Source: an uncultured virus (IMG/VR IMGVR_UViG_3300028030_000352) (Duplodnaviria > Heunggongvirae > Uroviricota > Caudoviricetes). From it: a DNA stretch of 64,000 nt. The stretch lies in the IMG/VR virus record IMGVR_UViG_3300028030_000352; one strand, 5' to 3'. Shown here piece after piece: positions 10,032-20,345 of this stretch (its first letter is position 1; every line of letters begins with the position of its first letter). The position numbers and the translations under genes were made by a program. The notes beneath the pieces are model-generated. The model saw only the letters and a list, made by a program, of their open reading frames with translations, had not been told where the DNA came from and did not search any database.

Positions 10032-11388
10032 TTTTTACTACATTTATCATGCCCATAGCACGATATCTTTGTGTGTATCCGGTATTATGGCCTAACGTTA
10101 TGTTGATGGACTTTTTTACGATATGATGCGGGATCGGTCGATCAGCGATAACCGACCGAATGATGTCAGATTCAATTTTAGCGACAACGCGCTTGTCGGA
10201 TTGTCCAACGGGCGGATGAATTGATGCCGCGATAGCGAACAAAGACATGTTAGGATCGCTACCATCTTTCTTTGTTGGAGTTCTCATAAAACCGGGACGC
10301 ACAAGTTTATTGAACTTGATGATCTTTTTTCCAATATTTTTAACATCATCTACGATATAATCTGTGATACCCATACGGGATGCAGATTCAGAAACGAACA
10401 AAAAATGTGCTTTGTTATCGGGAATATTAACAACACTAGTCGTGTAAATCGAAGATAGATAGTCAAAAATATCGGTGGATGAAATACCAAATAGTGCGTT
10501 TTTTGGTTCTTTGTCTACCCAGAACAGGATGTAGTTATCTTTATCGAGATAAAACTTATGCTTTGATTTATTTGCGGTGAAATGTGACAACACCTTCAGA
10601 ACGCTATTTTCGTCATACTCAGTTAAGTTGAGATCCTTGTTTTTGATTCCCCATCCAGAGTCTGTGATTTGATCGTCATTTCCGCCGACGAGTTGGTTAC
10701 GTCCGACCTTGATCGATCCTAGTCGCAAAGCTTGACTCATTTTACGTGAAAACGGTGAAAATACGTCATTTCCGCTTCCCTTAAGCCTATAGTAATTATC
10801 AACAAACCACTGTTTGACCTCTGGAATGTCCATTAAATTATGTTCTACGCCGTTTTCTACGTATACTGGTACGATAAAATCTGAGTGAAGAAAGTTAACG
10901 TCTGTATTATCGGCGTCCAAGTACGTGTGATATGGATCTTTCATGATTGTCCACAGAGCGTACATGTATCGGTTTCCGGTTTGTAAAGCGCACTCCCAAA
11001 CAATGCGTTTATGAAATGCGTGGATACCGCGTTGAGTAGGGCCATCCTTAGAGTAACCTGACTTGAGACCTAGCCTTGACAATACTTGCTCATATTGTGA
11101 TTGAGTGGTGTAATTATATATTGTTGACGGATCAATATATGAGTGAATGTATCCATGCAGAAATGTTGACATATGTTTCGTACCATACGATGTCATAAAT
11201 TTTTTGAATGTCAACATCTTTGTCGGCTTGTTTTTATCCTTAACAGATACAAGACGCCATGAGGGGATCGGACCATTCAAGATGATTACCATCTTGTATG
11301 ATACGTTATTGTTTTCGTGAAATTGGTCATTGAATAAATGACCATTATTGTTATAATATTCGATAATATCTGTTAGTATTTGTGACAT
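10024..11388 (-). CDS. cas8c: Divergent type I-C Cas8c (Csd1) large subunit lacking the C-terminal Cas11 domain
   Basis: Collinear resemblance to Csd1 blocks: ILTDIIEYY, RLGSIKVG..LVGGND, YILFWV, FLFVSESASRMGI, DIIRSVIADRPIP, RAMGMI; AGGAG RBS; CRISPR context. Confidence 0.75.
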   Translation of the reverse strand: MSQILTDIIEYYNNNGHLFNDQFHENNNVSYKMVIILNGPIPSWRLVSVKDKNKPTKMLTFKKFMTSYGTKHMSTFLHGYIHSYIDPSTIYNYTTQSQYEQVLSRLGLKSGYSKDGPTQRGIHAFHKRIVWECALQTGNRYMYALWTIMKDPYHTYLDADNTDVNFLHSDFIVPVYVENGVEHNLMDIPEVKQWFVDNYYRLKGSGNDVFSPFSRKMSQALRLGSIKVGRNQLVGGNDDQITDSGWGIKNKDLNLTEYDENSVLKVLSHFTANKSKHKFYLDKDNYILFWVDKEPKNALFGISSTDIFDYLSSIYTTSVVNIPDNKAHFLFVSESASRMGITDYIVDDVKNIGKKIIKFNKLVRPGFMRTPTKKDGSDPNMSLFAIAASIHPPVGQSDKRVVAKIESDIIRSVIADRPIPHHIVKKSINITLGHNTGYTQRYRAMGMINVVKNG

Positions 11389-11404
11389 ATTTTTCTCCTG
11401 TTTC

Positions 11405-11668
11405 TTAGCAGTTCATACCTTTACGTTTTAGTATTCTTTTTTTGTATTTTTCTAAATGATCACGTAGGTCTGATATCAATGATTTATAGTCACCAATGTC
11501 ATTGGGCATGTCATAAATGGTCATAGTTCCATTATCAGTATATTCAAATTTTGTTACACTACCCTTTTTTGATATAGTGCCATTGAATTTAATATTATTA
11601 ACATAATATCCATTCCTGTATGATGATATACCATCAATGCTGATTATTTTTACTTTGTAACCTTTCAT
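11405..11668 (-). CDS. Hypothetical protein between array 1 and cas8c
   Basis: 87-aa ORF with AAGGA upstream of ATG. Confidence 0.65.
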   Translation of the reverse strand: MKGYKVKIISIDGISSYRNGYYVNNIKFNGTISKKGSVTKFEYTDNGTMTIYDMPNDIGDYKSLISDLRDHLEKYKKRILKRKGMNC

Positions 11669-11694
11669 ATCGTTTCCTTGCCGTGTTGTTGCGT

Positions 11695-12848
11695 GTTGAA
11701 GTCCACAGCCCCCTTAACGGGGGCTGACACAGACGTGACACGAGCAAAGCGAGTGGATTGCGCCGTCAGTTGAAATCCACAGCCCCCTTGACGGGAATTG
11801 ACACCACCTCGAAGTAGATCGTGATGGTCATGACGCTCCCTTGTTGAAATCCACAGCCCCCTTGACGGGGGCTGACACTCTTTCGATGGTCGTGAGGGCG
11901 TCTTCGCCAATGGTGGTTGAAATCCACAGCCCCCTTGACGGGGGCTGACACCTCAGGTCAGACGACGCTAATTGCGTAGTCGACGAAGTTGAAATCCACA
12001 GCCCCCTTGTCGGGGGCTGACACCACGGATCGCGACCAGCGTTGTTGCCTTCGCCCTTCGTTGAAATCCACAGCCACCTTGACGGGGGCTGACACGAATC
12101 GGGAAGTGACGATGAGGAAAATCGTCTTAGGATGTTGAAATCCACAGCCCCCCCCCTTGACTGGGGCTGACACAACGGTCGGTGAGGCGCGGCGCGCCAG
12201 CACCAAGCTCCTGTTGAAATCCACAGCCCCCTTGACGGGGGCTGACACCAGGTGAAGCGACATTTTTCCTGGCATTTCTGCATGCGTTGAAATCCACAGC
12301 CCCCCTTGTCGGGGGCTGACACCGTCCTCAACAGGAGCAGAAGTTCGAATTCACGAACCGAGTTGAAATCCACAGCCCCCCCTTGACGGGGGCTGACACA
12401 CGTAAAAAATGATGCTTTGCAGGCTTTGCGCAACCGGAGTTGAAATCCACAGCCCCCCTTGACGGGGGCTGACACTGAACTACAAATAGTTAAGGGAACG
12501 CTCAAGAAAAGCTTGAAATCCACAGCCCCCCTTGACGGGGGCTGACACAGGACACGCACACTGAGGCGACTTTCACCGACGCTCCTTGAAATCCACAGCC
12601 CCCCTTGACGGGGGCTGACACTCGACGAAGCTCACTTCGTTAGCTCCCTGTAGAAGAGCTTGAAATCCACAGCCCCCCTTGACGGGGGCTGACACCGTCG
12701 TCGAGCGGCAGAGCCCGTGCAGAGCGGAAGGTTGAAATCCACAGCCCCCTCCCCCTTGACGGGGGCTGACACCATTTTCAACGTATTACAAATACGTTGT
12801 TGATAAGATGAAAATCCACAGCCCCCCCCCCTTGACGGGGGCTGACAC
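11695..12848 (-). CRISPR. CRISPR array 1: 16 repeats / 15 spacers, type I-C-like repeat GTGTCAGCCCCCGTCAAGGGGGCTGTGGATTTCAAC
   Basis: Regular 36-bp palindromic repeats with unique ~34-39-bp spacers; leader on the right; many repeats have expanded homopolymer tracts. Confidence 0.98.
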
Positions 12849-13055
12849 AGTATGTATTGGAAATAGCGTTACGAACGTTATTTCCAATGCATCCCTGTGA
12901 GGAGTTATTTTTCTACTGAACTCCTGATCAGTAAAGAAAACTTTTAACGAGTGTTTATTTACTTGTCAAAGATCTATATACTTACTTTACACTCGTTATT
13001 TTTGCGAGCGATCCCAGGAATTTGCGCGCCGTATGATCGCTCGCAAAAAAAGATG
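12849..13055 (-). promoter_or_regulatory. CRISPR leader 1 with sigma70-like promoter (TTGACA-17-TAAAAG, 12969-12941) and three inverted repeats
   Basis: Near-identical to leaders at 17942 and 22945. Confidence 0.85.
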
Positions 13056-15137
13056 TCATACTGTGATGATTACTCCTGTGTTCATGTCGTATGAATCCTT
13101 ATCGATCACTATAATATCAGTTTCATTCACTGTCAGTGTTTCATATTTTAATTTGCTTAATTTTTCTTCAGAAAGTGACACCATGTACGGCGATAATTTT
13201 CTCATCCCTGTCAAAATATTTCCTCCGTTCATGATCTCGTTTAGTATCTTCTCATAATCACCATATGGAACAACGACCGAGATTTCGTCCTTTTTCTCAA
13301 TCACGTGGAACTTTTCACACACATCACCGAATTGCAGTTTCTCCCTTAGTTTTATGATATCATCTGGATCAGTATTATCATAGTACATACTAAAATATTT
13401 GATCAGGTCATTATGACCAAGTGGATTAACATTTCCGGTTTTTATCATACTATATGTTATGCTCGCCTGTTTATCAACTTCATCAGGGATAAAGTATCCT
13501 CCGGTTTTGATTATATACACCATTCCTATTTTATTCGGGTCGTTCTCTCTGTTACATCTTCCCGCGATTTGGTTAATCGATGATAACCCCGCCATGTCTC
13601 TTATCACGACGCCAAAGCTATAGTCCATTCCCGCTTCAACGAGTGATGTTGCAATAACGATCGATTTGTTGTTAATCCTGTCCATCGCGTCAAGTCGATG
13701 TTTAGGACACATGTTAGTCGATAAGTGGATTACGTGATTGTCTGTTGATTCAGCGATTGAATTGTAGATGTTTGCTACTTGCTGTTTACTATTGAATACG
13801 GCCATCAGACCGTCATCATTTATTTTGTCTTTTATGAATTTGATCGTACCATACTCATCTAATTTTTTACCTAAAACTGACTCGTCCCAAACAAACTTTT
13901 TGTGTTGTTTTACAGATTTTACTTTATTACTGATTATGCTTGTTGTATTCGTTATCGGAGGCATAGTAGCAGTAGCAAGTACCACAGAGCTATCAGCAAC
14001 ATCAACCAGGTCCCACAAAGACTGGATAATCGGGCTGTATATATGTCGAGGGAACGTTTGAACCTCATCAAACATAATTACCGAATTTGCCATTCGGTGG
14101 AGTTTTCTAACTTTCCTAGGGGAACATCCGTGTAGAGATTCAAAAAATTGCACATTCGTCGTGATGATAACCGGATAGTCCCATCTTTCAGCGCCCTTTT
14201 TATTCGCCCACATTTTATTCTGATCATCATTAACGTAGGTTGAATAATGCATCAGAACGTTATCTTCACCCAATATGTCCTTGAAAATTTTCGCTGTCTG
14301 TTCAATGAGTGAAATGAATGGCAGTACTAGTATGATTCTGTCTAGGTTATTATGCATCACATGTTGGATCGCGAAAGCTAACGATGCTAACGTTTTTCCA
14401 GATCCGGTTGGGGCGTTAAGAACGTAAAAACCGGTGCCATTTTTCGCTGATTTGATTGAATCAGATAAAACCATGTCTCGGAGCGTTTGTTGCTCTGATT
14501 TACCTGGTTTTCTCAGCGATCTGATATAACGAATTAATGATTTGTATGCATCATGCCAATCGATCTTTCGTTCTTTCGGTGGGTGTCCTGCGAACGTTGC
14601 TGTGTCCGTTCGATCGGCGTCGATAAGGGATGAATACAGCATTCGTATAATAGTGTCATTTTTTGTTCCATCGTGCAATTCTATGCTTGACGGAACAGGA
14701 ACGTCATATTTTGGAATTGCATCCATGTTTATTGCGTCATATGATATTTTATACGCGGTTCCATCTGTTGTTGTGTTTGACATGTTGTGGAGTCCGGTAT
14801 GGTGCCATCCGATCATAGCTTGTGATATCATTAATACTTGTTTGTTATTCACCAATTTAGATACATACATCGATGACACTGGAGCATGATACGTTAATTT
14901 TATATTATCATTTGATACGTTATAATCATATGGAATATGATATGCATCATGGATCTTAGCTTGGAAATATGGGTTATACTTACCCCAATCATGATACATA
15001 CCGATAAAATGTGCTATATCAACATAATCACCTCCCATAAAATTTGACATATAGTGTGAACATAGTGTTGCAACATTTTTGTTATGTTCATGGACTGTTT
15101 GAATTTTGTGTTCGTTATAGTGTGCTATGTATGTCAT
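13056..15137 (-). CDS. cas3: Cas3 HD nuclease-SF2 helicase
   Basis: IAH..EH, YHDWGK, WHHTGL, SSLIDADRTDT; Walker A APTGSGKT, DEVQ, LATAT, QIAGRCNRE. Confidence 0.96.
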   Translation of the reverse strand: MTYIAHYNEHKIQTVHEHNKNVATLCSHYMSNFMGGDYVDIAHFIGMYHDWGKYNPYFQAKIHDAYHIPYDYNVSNDNIKLTYHAPVSSMYVSKLVNNKQVLMISQAMIGWHHTGLHNMSNTTTDGTAYKISYDAINMDAIPKYDVPVPSSIELHDGTKNDTIIRMLYSSLIDADRTDTATFAGHPPKERKIDWHDAYKSLIRYIRSLRKPGKSEQQTLRDMVLSDSIKSAKNGTGFYVLNAPTGSGKTLASLAFAIQHVMHNNLDRIILVLPFISLIEQTAKIFKDILGEDNVLMHYSTYVNDDQNKMWANKKGAERWDYPVIITTNVQFFESLHGCSPRKVRKLHRMANSVIMFDEVQTFPRHIYSPIIQSLWDLVDVADSSVVLATATMPPITNTTSIISNKVKSVKQHKKFVWDESVLGKKLDEYGTIKFIKDKINDDGLMAVFNSKQQVANIYNSIAESTDNHVIHLSTNMCPKHRLDAMDRINNKSIVIATSLVEAGMDYSFGVVIRDMAGLSSINQIAGRCNRENDPNKIGMVYIIKTGGYFIPDEVDKQASITYSMIKTGNVNPLGHNDLIKYFSMYYDNTDPDDIIKLREKLQFGDVCEKFHVIEKKDEISVVVPYGDYEKILNEIMNGGNILTGMRKLSPYMVSLSEEKLSKLKYETLTVNETDIIVIDKDSYDMNTGVIITV

Positions 15138-15178
15138 TTTTTGCTGTGTTGTTGTTATGTGCTGTTGTTTGTTGTTGA

Positions 15179-17941
15179 GTTGAAATCTACAGCCCCATTG
15201 ATAGGGGCTGACACGCGAAGCTGACCGCTGACTAGTGGCTCCAAGTGATATCGTTGAAATCCACAGCCCCCTTGATAGGGGCTGACACTATTTGTGGTAA
15301 CAAATTTTGGACCGGTTTGTAAAATTAGTTGAAATCCACAGCCCCCTTGACGGGGGCTGACACACACCGTCAGATGGAGATTTTGCCCTGATGAATGGCA
15401 GTTGAAATCCACAGCCCCCTTGACGGGGGCTGACACCCGCATCAAACGCCGCCTTTCGGGCCGTTGAGATGAGGTTATGTTGAAATCCACAGCCCCCTTG
15501 ACGGGGGCTGACACTTACAATGTCATCTATTAAAAATTGAATATGTGGAATAAGTTGAAATCCACAGCCCCCTTGACGGGGGCTGACACGGAATTATCGA
15601 AATTAGGAAGTTTAAAAAGTTTTTGCGTTGAAATCCACAGCCCCCTTGACGGGGGCTGACACACACCAACTGCATCAACATCTGTTGACTCATTTAAGAG
15701 TTGAAATCCACAGCCCCCTTGACGGGGGCTGACACTCAAGAGTTGATGGTGAAACTTTATTGGTCGTGAATGGTTGAAATCCACAGCCCCCTTGACGGGG
15801 GCTGACACCAAAATGAACATGGACCATTACGTTGATACGGAATTGGTTGAAATCCACAGCCCCCTTGACGGGGGCTGACACTGCTTTTTGATACGCTGGA
15901 CGTGCCTTACATTTTAGTTGAAATCCACAGCCCCCTTGACGGGGGCTGACACTTGACGAATGTTCCTGGTCGCGTGATTGAGTATGAGGGTGGTTGAAAT
16001 CCACAGCCCCCTTGACGGGGGCTGACACTGCGGTCGAGGAAGAGTCCAATGACATCTTCCCGCCTGTTGAAATCCACAGCCCCCTTGACGGGGGCTGACA
16101 CTCCGACGCGCAGGATATTTTGAACGGTAAAGACGCGGAACCCACGTTGAAATCCACAGCCCCCTTGACGGGGGCTGACACTTAGCTAAGATGAGAAATC
16201 AATCACAAATTGTCATTGACGTTGAAATCCACAGCCCCCTTGACGGGGGCTGACACCACATTGGGTTGATTTTAACCAGGGTAAATATTTTAGTTGAAAT
16301 CCACAGCCCCCTTGACGGGGGCTGACACCCCTGGCCCTTTGGACACTTAGGTGCTATGTTTGGGCCTGTTGAAATCCACAGCCCCCTTGACGGGGGCTGA
16401 CACTGGGAACACCAGGGTAATTTTTCATGAATCGTGGTTGGTTGAAATCCACAGCCCCCTTGACGGGGGCTGACACCACGATGATATATCGGATTTCTGA
16501 ATGTTTCTCCATAATGTTGAAATCCACAGCCCCCTTGACGGGGGCTGACACCTACCTGCTGGAGTGTCGGGTGACCGGATTTTGCTCGTTGAAATCCACA
16601 GCCCCCTTGACGGGGGCTGACACGCCTCCCAAAGTTCCTATGGGCGATTGCCGGGTGATACGTTGAAATCCACAGCCCCCTTGACGGGGGCTGACACGAT
16701 TAGGGAGGGCAGTTACTCTACTCAAATCTGATATTGTTGAAATCCACAGCCCCCTTGACGGGGGCTGACACTTGCTACCTCGTCCCACATGGTCTTGATT
16801 TTTCCATGTTGAAATCCACAGCCCCCTTGACGGGGGCTGACACTTGTCTTTGAATCTCCGAGTAAATGCTCAAATTTTGTCGTTGAAATCCACAGCCCCC
16901 TTGACGGGGGCTGACACTCATTCAAGGACATCTAATCATAGAGATGTACTAGAGTTGAAATCCACAGCCCCCTTGACGGGGGCTGACACACCCGATCTCC
17001 GTATTACGAGAAATTGGACACTCAGACGTTGAAATCCACAGCCCCCTTGACGGGGGCTGACACGCGAATGTTTTCTGATATTGCAAATATGGATATGATG
17101 GGTTGAAATCCACAGCCCCCTTGACGTGGGCTGACACCTATTATAGTTTGTTATTTGTAGGGTATAATAACGAATGGTTGAAATCCACAGCCCCCTTGAC
17201 GGGGGCTGACACCAAACACTCAATTATTGGAACATACAATGTCACTAATGGTTGAAATCCACAGCCCCCTTGACGGGGGCTGACACTACATATCTCGGCG
17301 GGTAACGTATTACTCATGTATCGTTGAAATCCACAGCCCCCTTGACGGGGGCTGACACATTTACATGATGGCAACTGGATGGACTCATATACATGGTTGA
17401 AATCCACAGCCCCCTTGACGGGGGCTGACACATCGATTCGCCGTCGACATCCGTGACGCTATCGGTGAAGTTGAAATCCACAGCCCCCTTGACGGGGGCT
17501 GACACCATTGGCATGCCCTGCTCATATGACCTACCGAGTAGTGTTGAAATCCACAGCCCCCTTGACGGGGGCTGACACCTGGGGCTTCCGTGGGGCCAAA
17601 GAAGTTGGAAACCCGTTGAAATCCACAGCCCCCTTGACGGGGGCTGACACTTTGGTAAATTAGACGAGACAGGTCCAGGTCTATTTGTTGAAATCCACAG
17701 CCCCCTTGACGGGGGCTGACACACAAACCGATAAACAGGCCGAACCAACGGTATCAGCGTTGAAATCCACAGCCCCCTTGACGGGGGCTGACACTCAGAA
17801 AGGTTGAATGACAATGGAAGATGAGACTATTGTTGAAATCCACAGCCCCCTTGACGGGGGCTGACACTATTTTAACCAGAGACAGTTTTATAATATCTGA
17901 CGCTGGTTGAAATCCACAGCCCCCTTGACGGGGGCTGACAC
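15179..17941 (-). CRISPR. CRISPR array 2: 38 repeats / 37 spacers
   Basis: Same 36-bp repeat, nearly invariant; degenerate trailer repeats at 15179 and 15253. Confidence 0.99.
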
Positions 17942-18146
17942 AGTATGTATTGGAAATAGCGTCACGAACGCTATTTCCAATACATCCCTGCGAGGAGTTA
18001 TTTTTCTACTGAACTCCTGATCAGTAAAGAAAGCTTTTAGTGAGTGCTTATTAAGTTATCAAAGATCTATATACTTACTTTACACTCGTTATTTTTGCGA
18101 GCGATCCCCGGAATTTGCGCGTCGTATGATCGCTCGCAAAAATATT
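17942..18146 (-). promoter_or_regulatory. CRISPR leader 2 (TTGATA-17-TAAAAG, 18062-18034)
   Basis: Copy of the shared ~200-bp leader. Confidence 0.85.
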
Positions 18147-18752
18147 TCATACTGTGATGATCATGTCATCGGATACGTTAACCGTTCCATTTTCCATCGT
18201 TGAATGATAAAACACTGGAACTCTATTAACATAATCGATGTGGTGTAGCATCATCCCGAAATCATGACTAACGTCAATCGCGCCGCTATCGTCGTATTCA
18301 CTTACCGATGCGATAAGTTCACGCATGCCTAGGTATGGTGTCCTAAACACCCTCTTGTTTTTGATTCGTCTTTCCGCGATCCCTACCGCTTTCGCCTCAT
18401 TTTCTGATTCGACTGACAGCTCAATCGCGTACTCAACGTCAGTCAACATTGTTGTTTGACGCTGCGTTCTATTTGATTCAATCCCGATCGTTTTTTTGTC
18501 AAATTGACTAGGCTTTTTGATCGCTATTGGTTTAAACTTTAGTTCATTGAACGTCGTCGTCCACTTTCTGATCGGTTTTAGAACGCTAAACTTGTTTACC
18601 TTGTACACAACACCTGGATGCCAGTAGATCGACTCCGCAATTCCGATTAGCGCGGATGGTGTTGGGATATCATACGTGACTCTCGATGCTTTATGCACCG
18701 GATTGCTAAAGCATGCGAATTTCCCCTTTACATTAAACCTTAGATATCTCAT
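18147..18752 (-). CDS. cas5c: Type I-C Cas5 (Cas5c/Cas5d, pre-crRNA processing)
   Basis: GKFACFSNP..K..RVTYDIPTPSA.IGIAESIYWHP, RTQR...LTDVEY, PYLGMRE. Confidence 0.95.
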   Translation of the reverse strand: MRYLRFNVKGKFACFSNPVHKASRVTYDIPTPSALIGIAESIYWHPGVVYKVNKFSVLKPIRKWTTTFNELKFKPIAIKKPSQFDKKTIGIESNRTQRQTTMLTDVEYAIELSVESENEAKAVGIAERRIKNKRVFRTPYLGMRELIASVSEYDDSGAIDVSHDFGMMLHHIDYVNRVPVFYHSTMENGTVNVSDDMIITV

Positions 18753-19708
18753 ACTCGAACAACTTTGTCAGCGAAGCTCTTCGGTGCTTCGAGTTCTGTT
18801 TCGTCAAATTTAACCACTGCTTTTCCATTAACCACGTGAGCGTCAACTCTTGATTCGAAATCGAGTGGATCCATGTCGAACCCATCGGTTCCACAATCAT
18901 GTAAGAACACAAACTTTACGCTAACTTGTGGTCTTGCCGCTGACGCCGATTCCATGTATCCTTTCACTAGAGCGTCGATCATATCATTTACATCTTGTTC
19001 TGTCATTCTTGATACGCTGCACTGACGACCGTTGATCGTAAATGTACCGACGTAGAGTGAATGCCTTACTACTGAAAACTTACCAATTTCGGAGTCCCTT
19101 GCCTCTAATTCAAGTTGTTCTTGTGTCGGGTTCTTGTTTTTCCTTGGTGATGCCTTATTCACCCTTGTGATCGTGTGTTGATCGATTTCAATCGTGTCTG
19201 TTGACAGAGCGTGTGAAAAAACGACCGGACCTCTTACTGATTTGACAAGTCTCTTGTCAATCTCACCGACGTTCAGCACTGAACCAAACATTCTTACTGC
19301 TTGGAATTGGTCAAGGAAGTAATCAGTTAAGCTACCGTCCCCACTGAATGATTGAATTGACTTTGAGATGTTATTTGCTACGAACGTGTTTGACTTGTAT
19401 AGAAGTCGTGCTCCGTTGTGTAGTGCCAGGTAGTCACGGATCTTTCGTTTCACGCTACCGGCGGAGATCATGCCGGTTCCGTCGATTGACCTCGGGTTGT
19501 TTTCGTCATCTGGGTCACCGTTCGGGTTTGAGGCTTTCACTTCAATGATGAACGCTCCGACGTAGTAGTGGTCATTGAACTTGAGCTGCGTTGTTTCGGT
19601 GGTATCGTTCTGGGCTTCCATTGTATCTTCCTTGCTTTCTGTTGTTTCGAGGGTATGTTCGTGTGTATTGGTGGTTTCTGTGGCTTCTTCTGTATTTTCT
19701 GTTGTCAT
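18749..19708 (-). CDS. cas7c: Type I-C Cas7 (Csd2) with acidic N-terminal extension
   Basis: NPNGDPD..N.PR, VKRKIRDY, VRMFGSV, VRGPVVFSHALS. Confidence 0.95.
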   Translation of the reverse strand: MTTENTEEATETTNTHEHTLETTESKEDTMEAQNDTTETTQLKFNDHYYVGAFIIEVKASNPNGDPDDENNPRSIDGTGMISAGSVKRKIRDYLALHNGARLLYKSNTFVANNISKSIQSFSGDGSLTDYFLDQFQAVRMFGSVLNVGEIDKRLVKSVRGPVVFSHALSTDTIEIDQHTITRVNKASPRKNKNPTQEQLELEARDSEIGKFSVVRHSLYVGTFTINGRQCSVSRMTEQDVNDMIDALVKGYMESASAARPQVSVKFVFLHDCGTDGFDMDPLDFESRVDAHVVNGKAVVKFDETELEAPKSFADKVVRV

Positions 19709-19730
19709 TGTTTTAACTCTTTAATGTTTA

Positions 19731-20324
19731 TTATGATATGATATGGACCTCAGGTTCCATGATTCCATTTTGATCGATTAACTTTGACTGCAATACATAC
19801 AAAAGTCTAAGTCTATCCGGTAGATCATACAGTTCACTTTTTACTGATTCATATATCGGACTAGTTGGAAGTGGCAGATTACTTAGTAATTCGATGTCTT
19901 TATCATCTATCACATAGTAACCGTTATCTTCGTCTTCGTTATATTCTTTGGCTTCCCAAATCGGAACTCCTGATTTGGGCTTAATTTTCCCACCACTATA
20001 GACCCATGGTCCCATAGTGTATGCTTGTCTTATTATTCTTATGTTAACAGCAAAAAATGACGTCATATCCATACCATCTAGGTATGATCGGAATGTAATA
20101 TATTCAAATGGTGCGTATCCAATTATATTATATACTTCTTTTTTGCTAGACATGTTTTCAGCATCCATCAAGATTTTTACCGGCCAATCTTCATATACTT
20201 CATAATCCTCAGGGACTCTGTTCCTTCTTAATCTACGAAGTTCACTATTCTTTTTTTGGATTAAAGCTCGTTGGATTCTAATTGTTCGCTCTATTTGTGT
20301 TTCGTGGCTTTTATTGTGATCCAT
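19731..20324 (-). CDS. Hypothetical protein
   Basis: 197-aa ORF directly upstream of cas7. Confidence 0.75.
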   Translation of the reverse strand: MDHNKSHETQIERTIRIQRALIQKKNSELRRLRRNRVPEDYEVYEDWPVKILMDAENMSSKKEVYNIIGYAPFEYITFRSYLDGMDMTSFFAVNIRIIRQAYTMGPWVYSGGKIKPKSGVPIWEAKEYNEDEDNGYYVIDDKDIELLSNLPLPTSPIYESVKSELYDLPDRLRLLYVLQSKLIDQNGIMEPEVHIIS

Positions 20325-20345
20325 GGTATTTTTTAGTAGTTTGAG

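Noticed and set aside
16329..16367. Spacer shares gacacttaggtgc with the 58356 inverted repeat (self-targeting?)
   Set aside because: Only 13 nt; a few such matches are expected by chance with 54 spacers against 64 kb
11665..17814. ORFs overlapping arrays 1 and 2 (SAPVKGAVDFN, CQPPSRGLWIST, VSPRQGGCGFQ peptides)
   Set aside because: Translations of the CRISPR repeat, not genes
19626..19639. gaaagcaaggaaga in cas7 also occurs in the 85-bp element
   Set aside because: Short purine-rich match, plausibly chance
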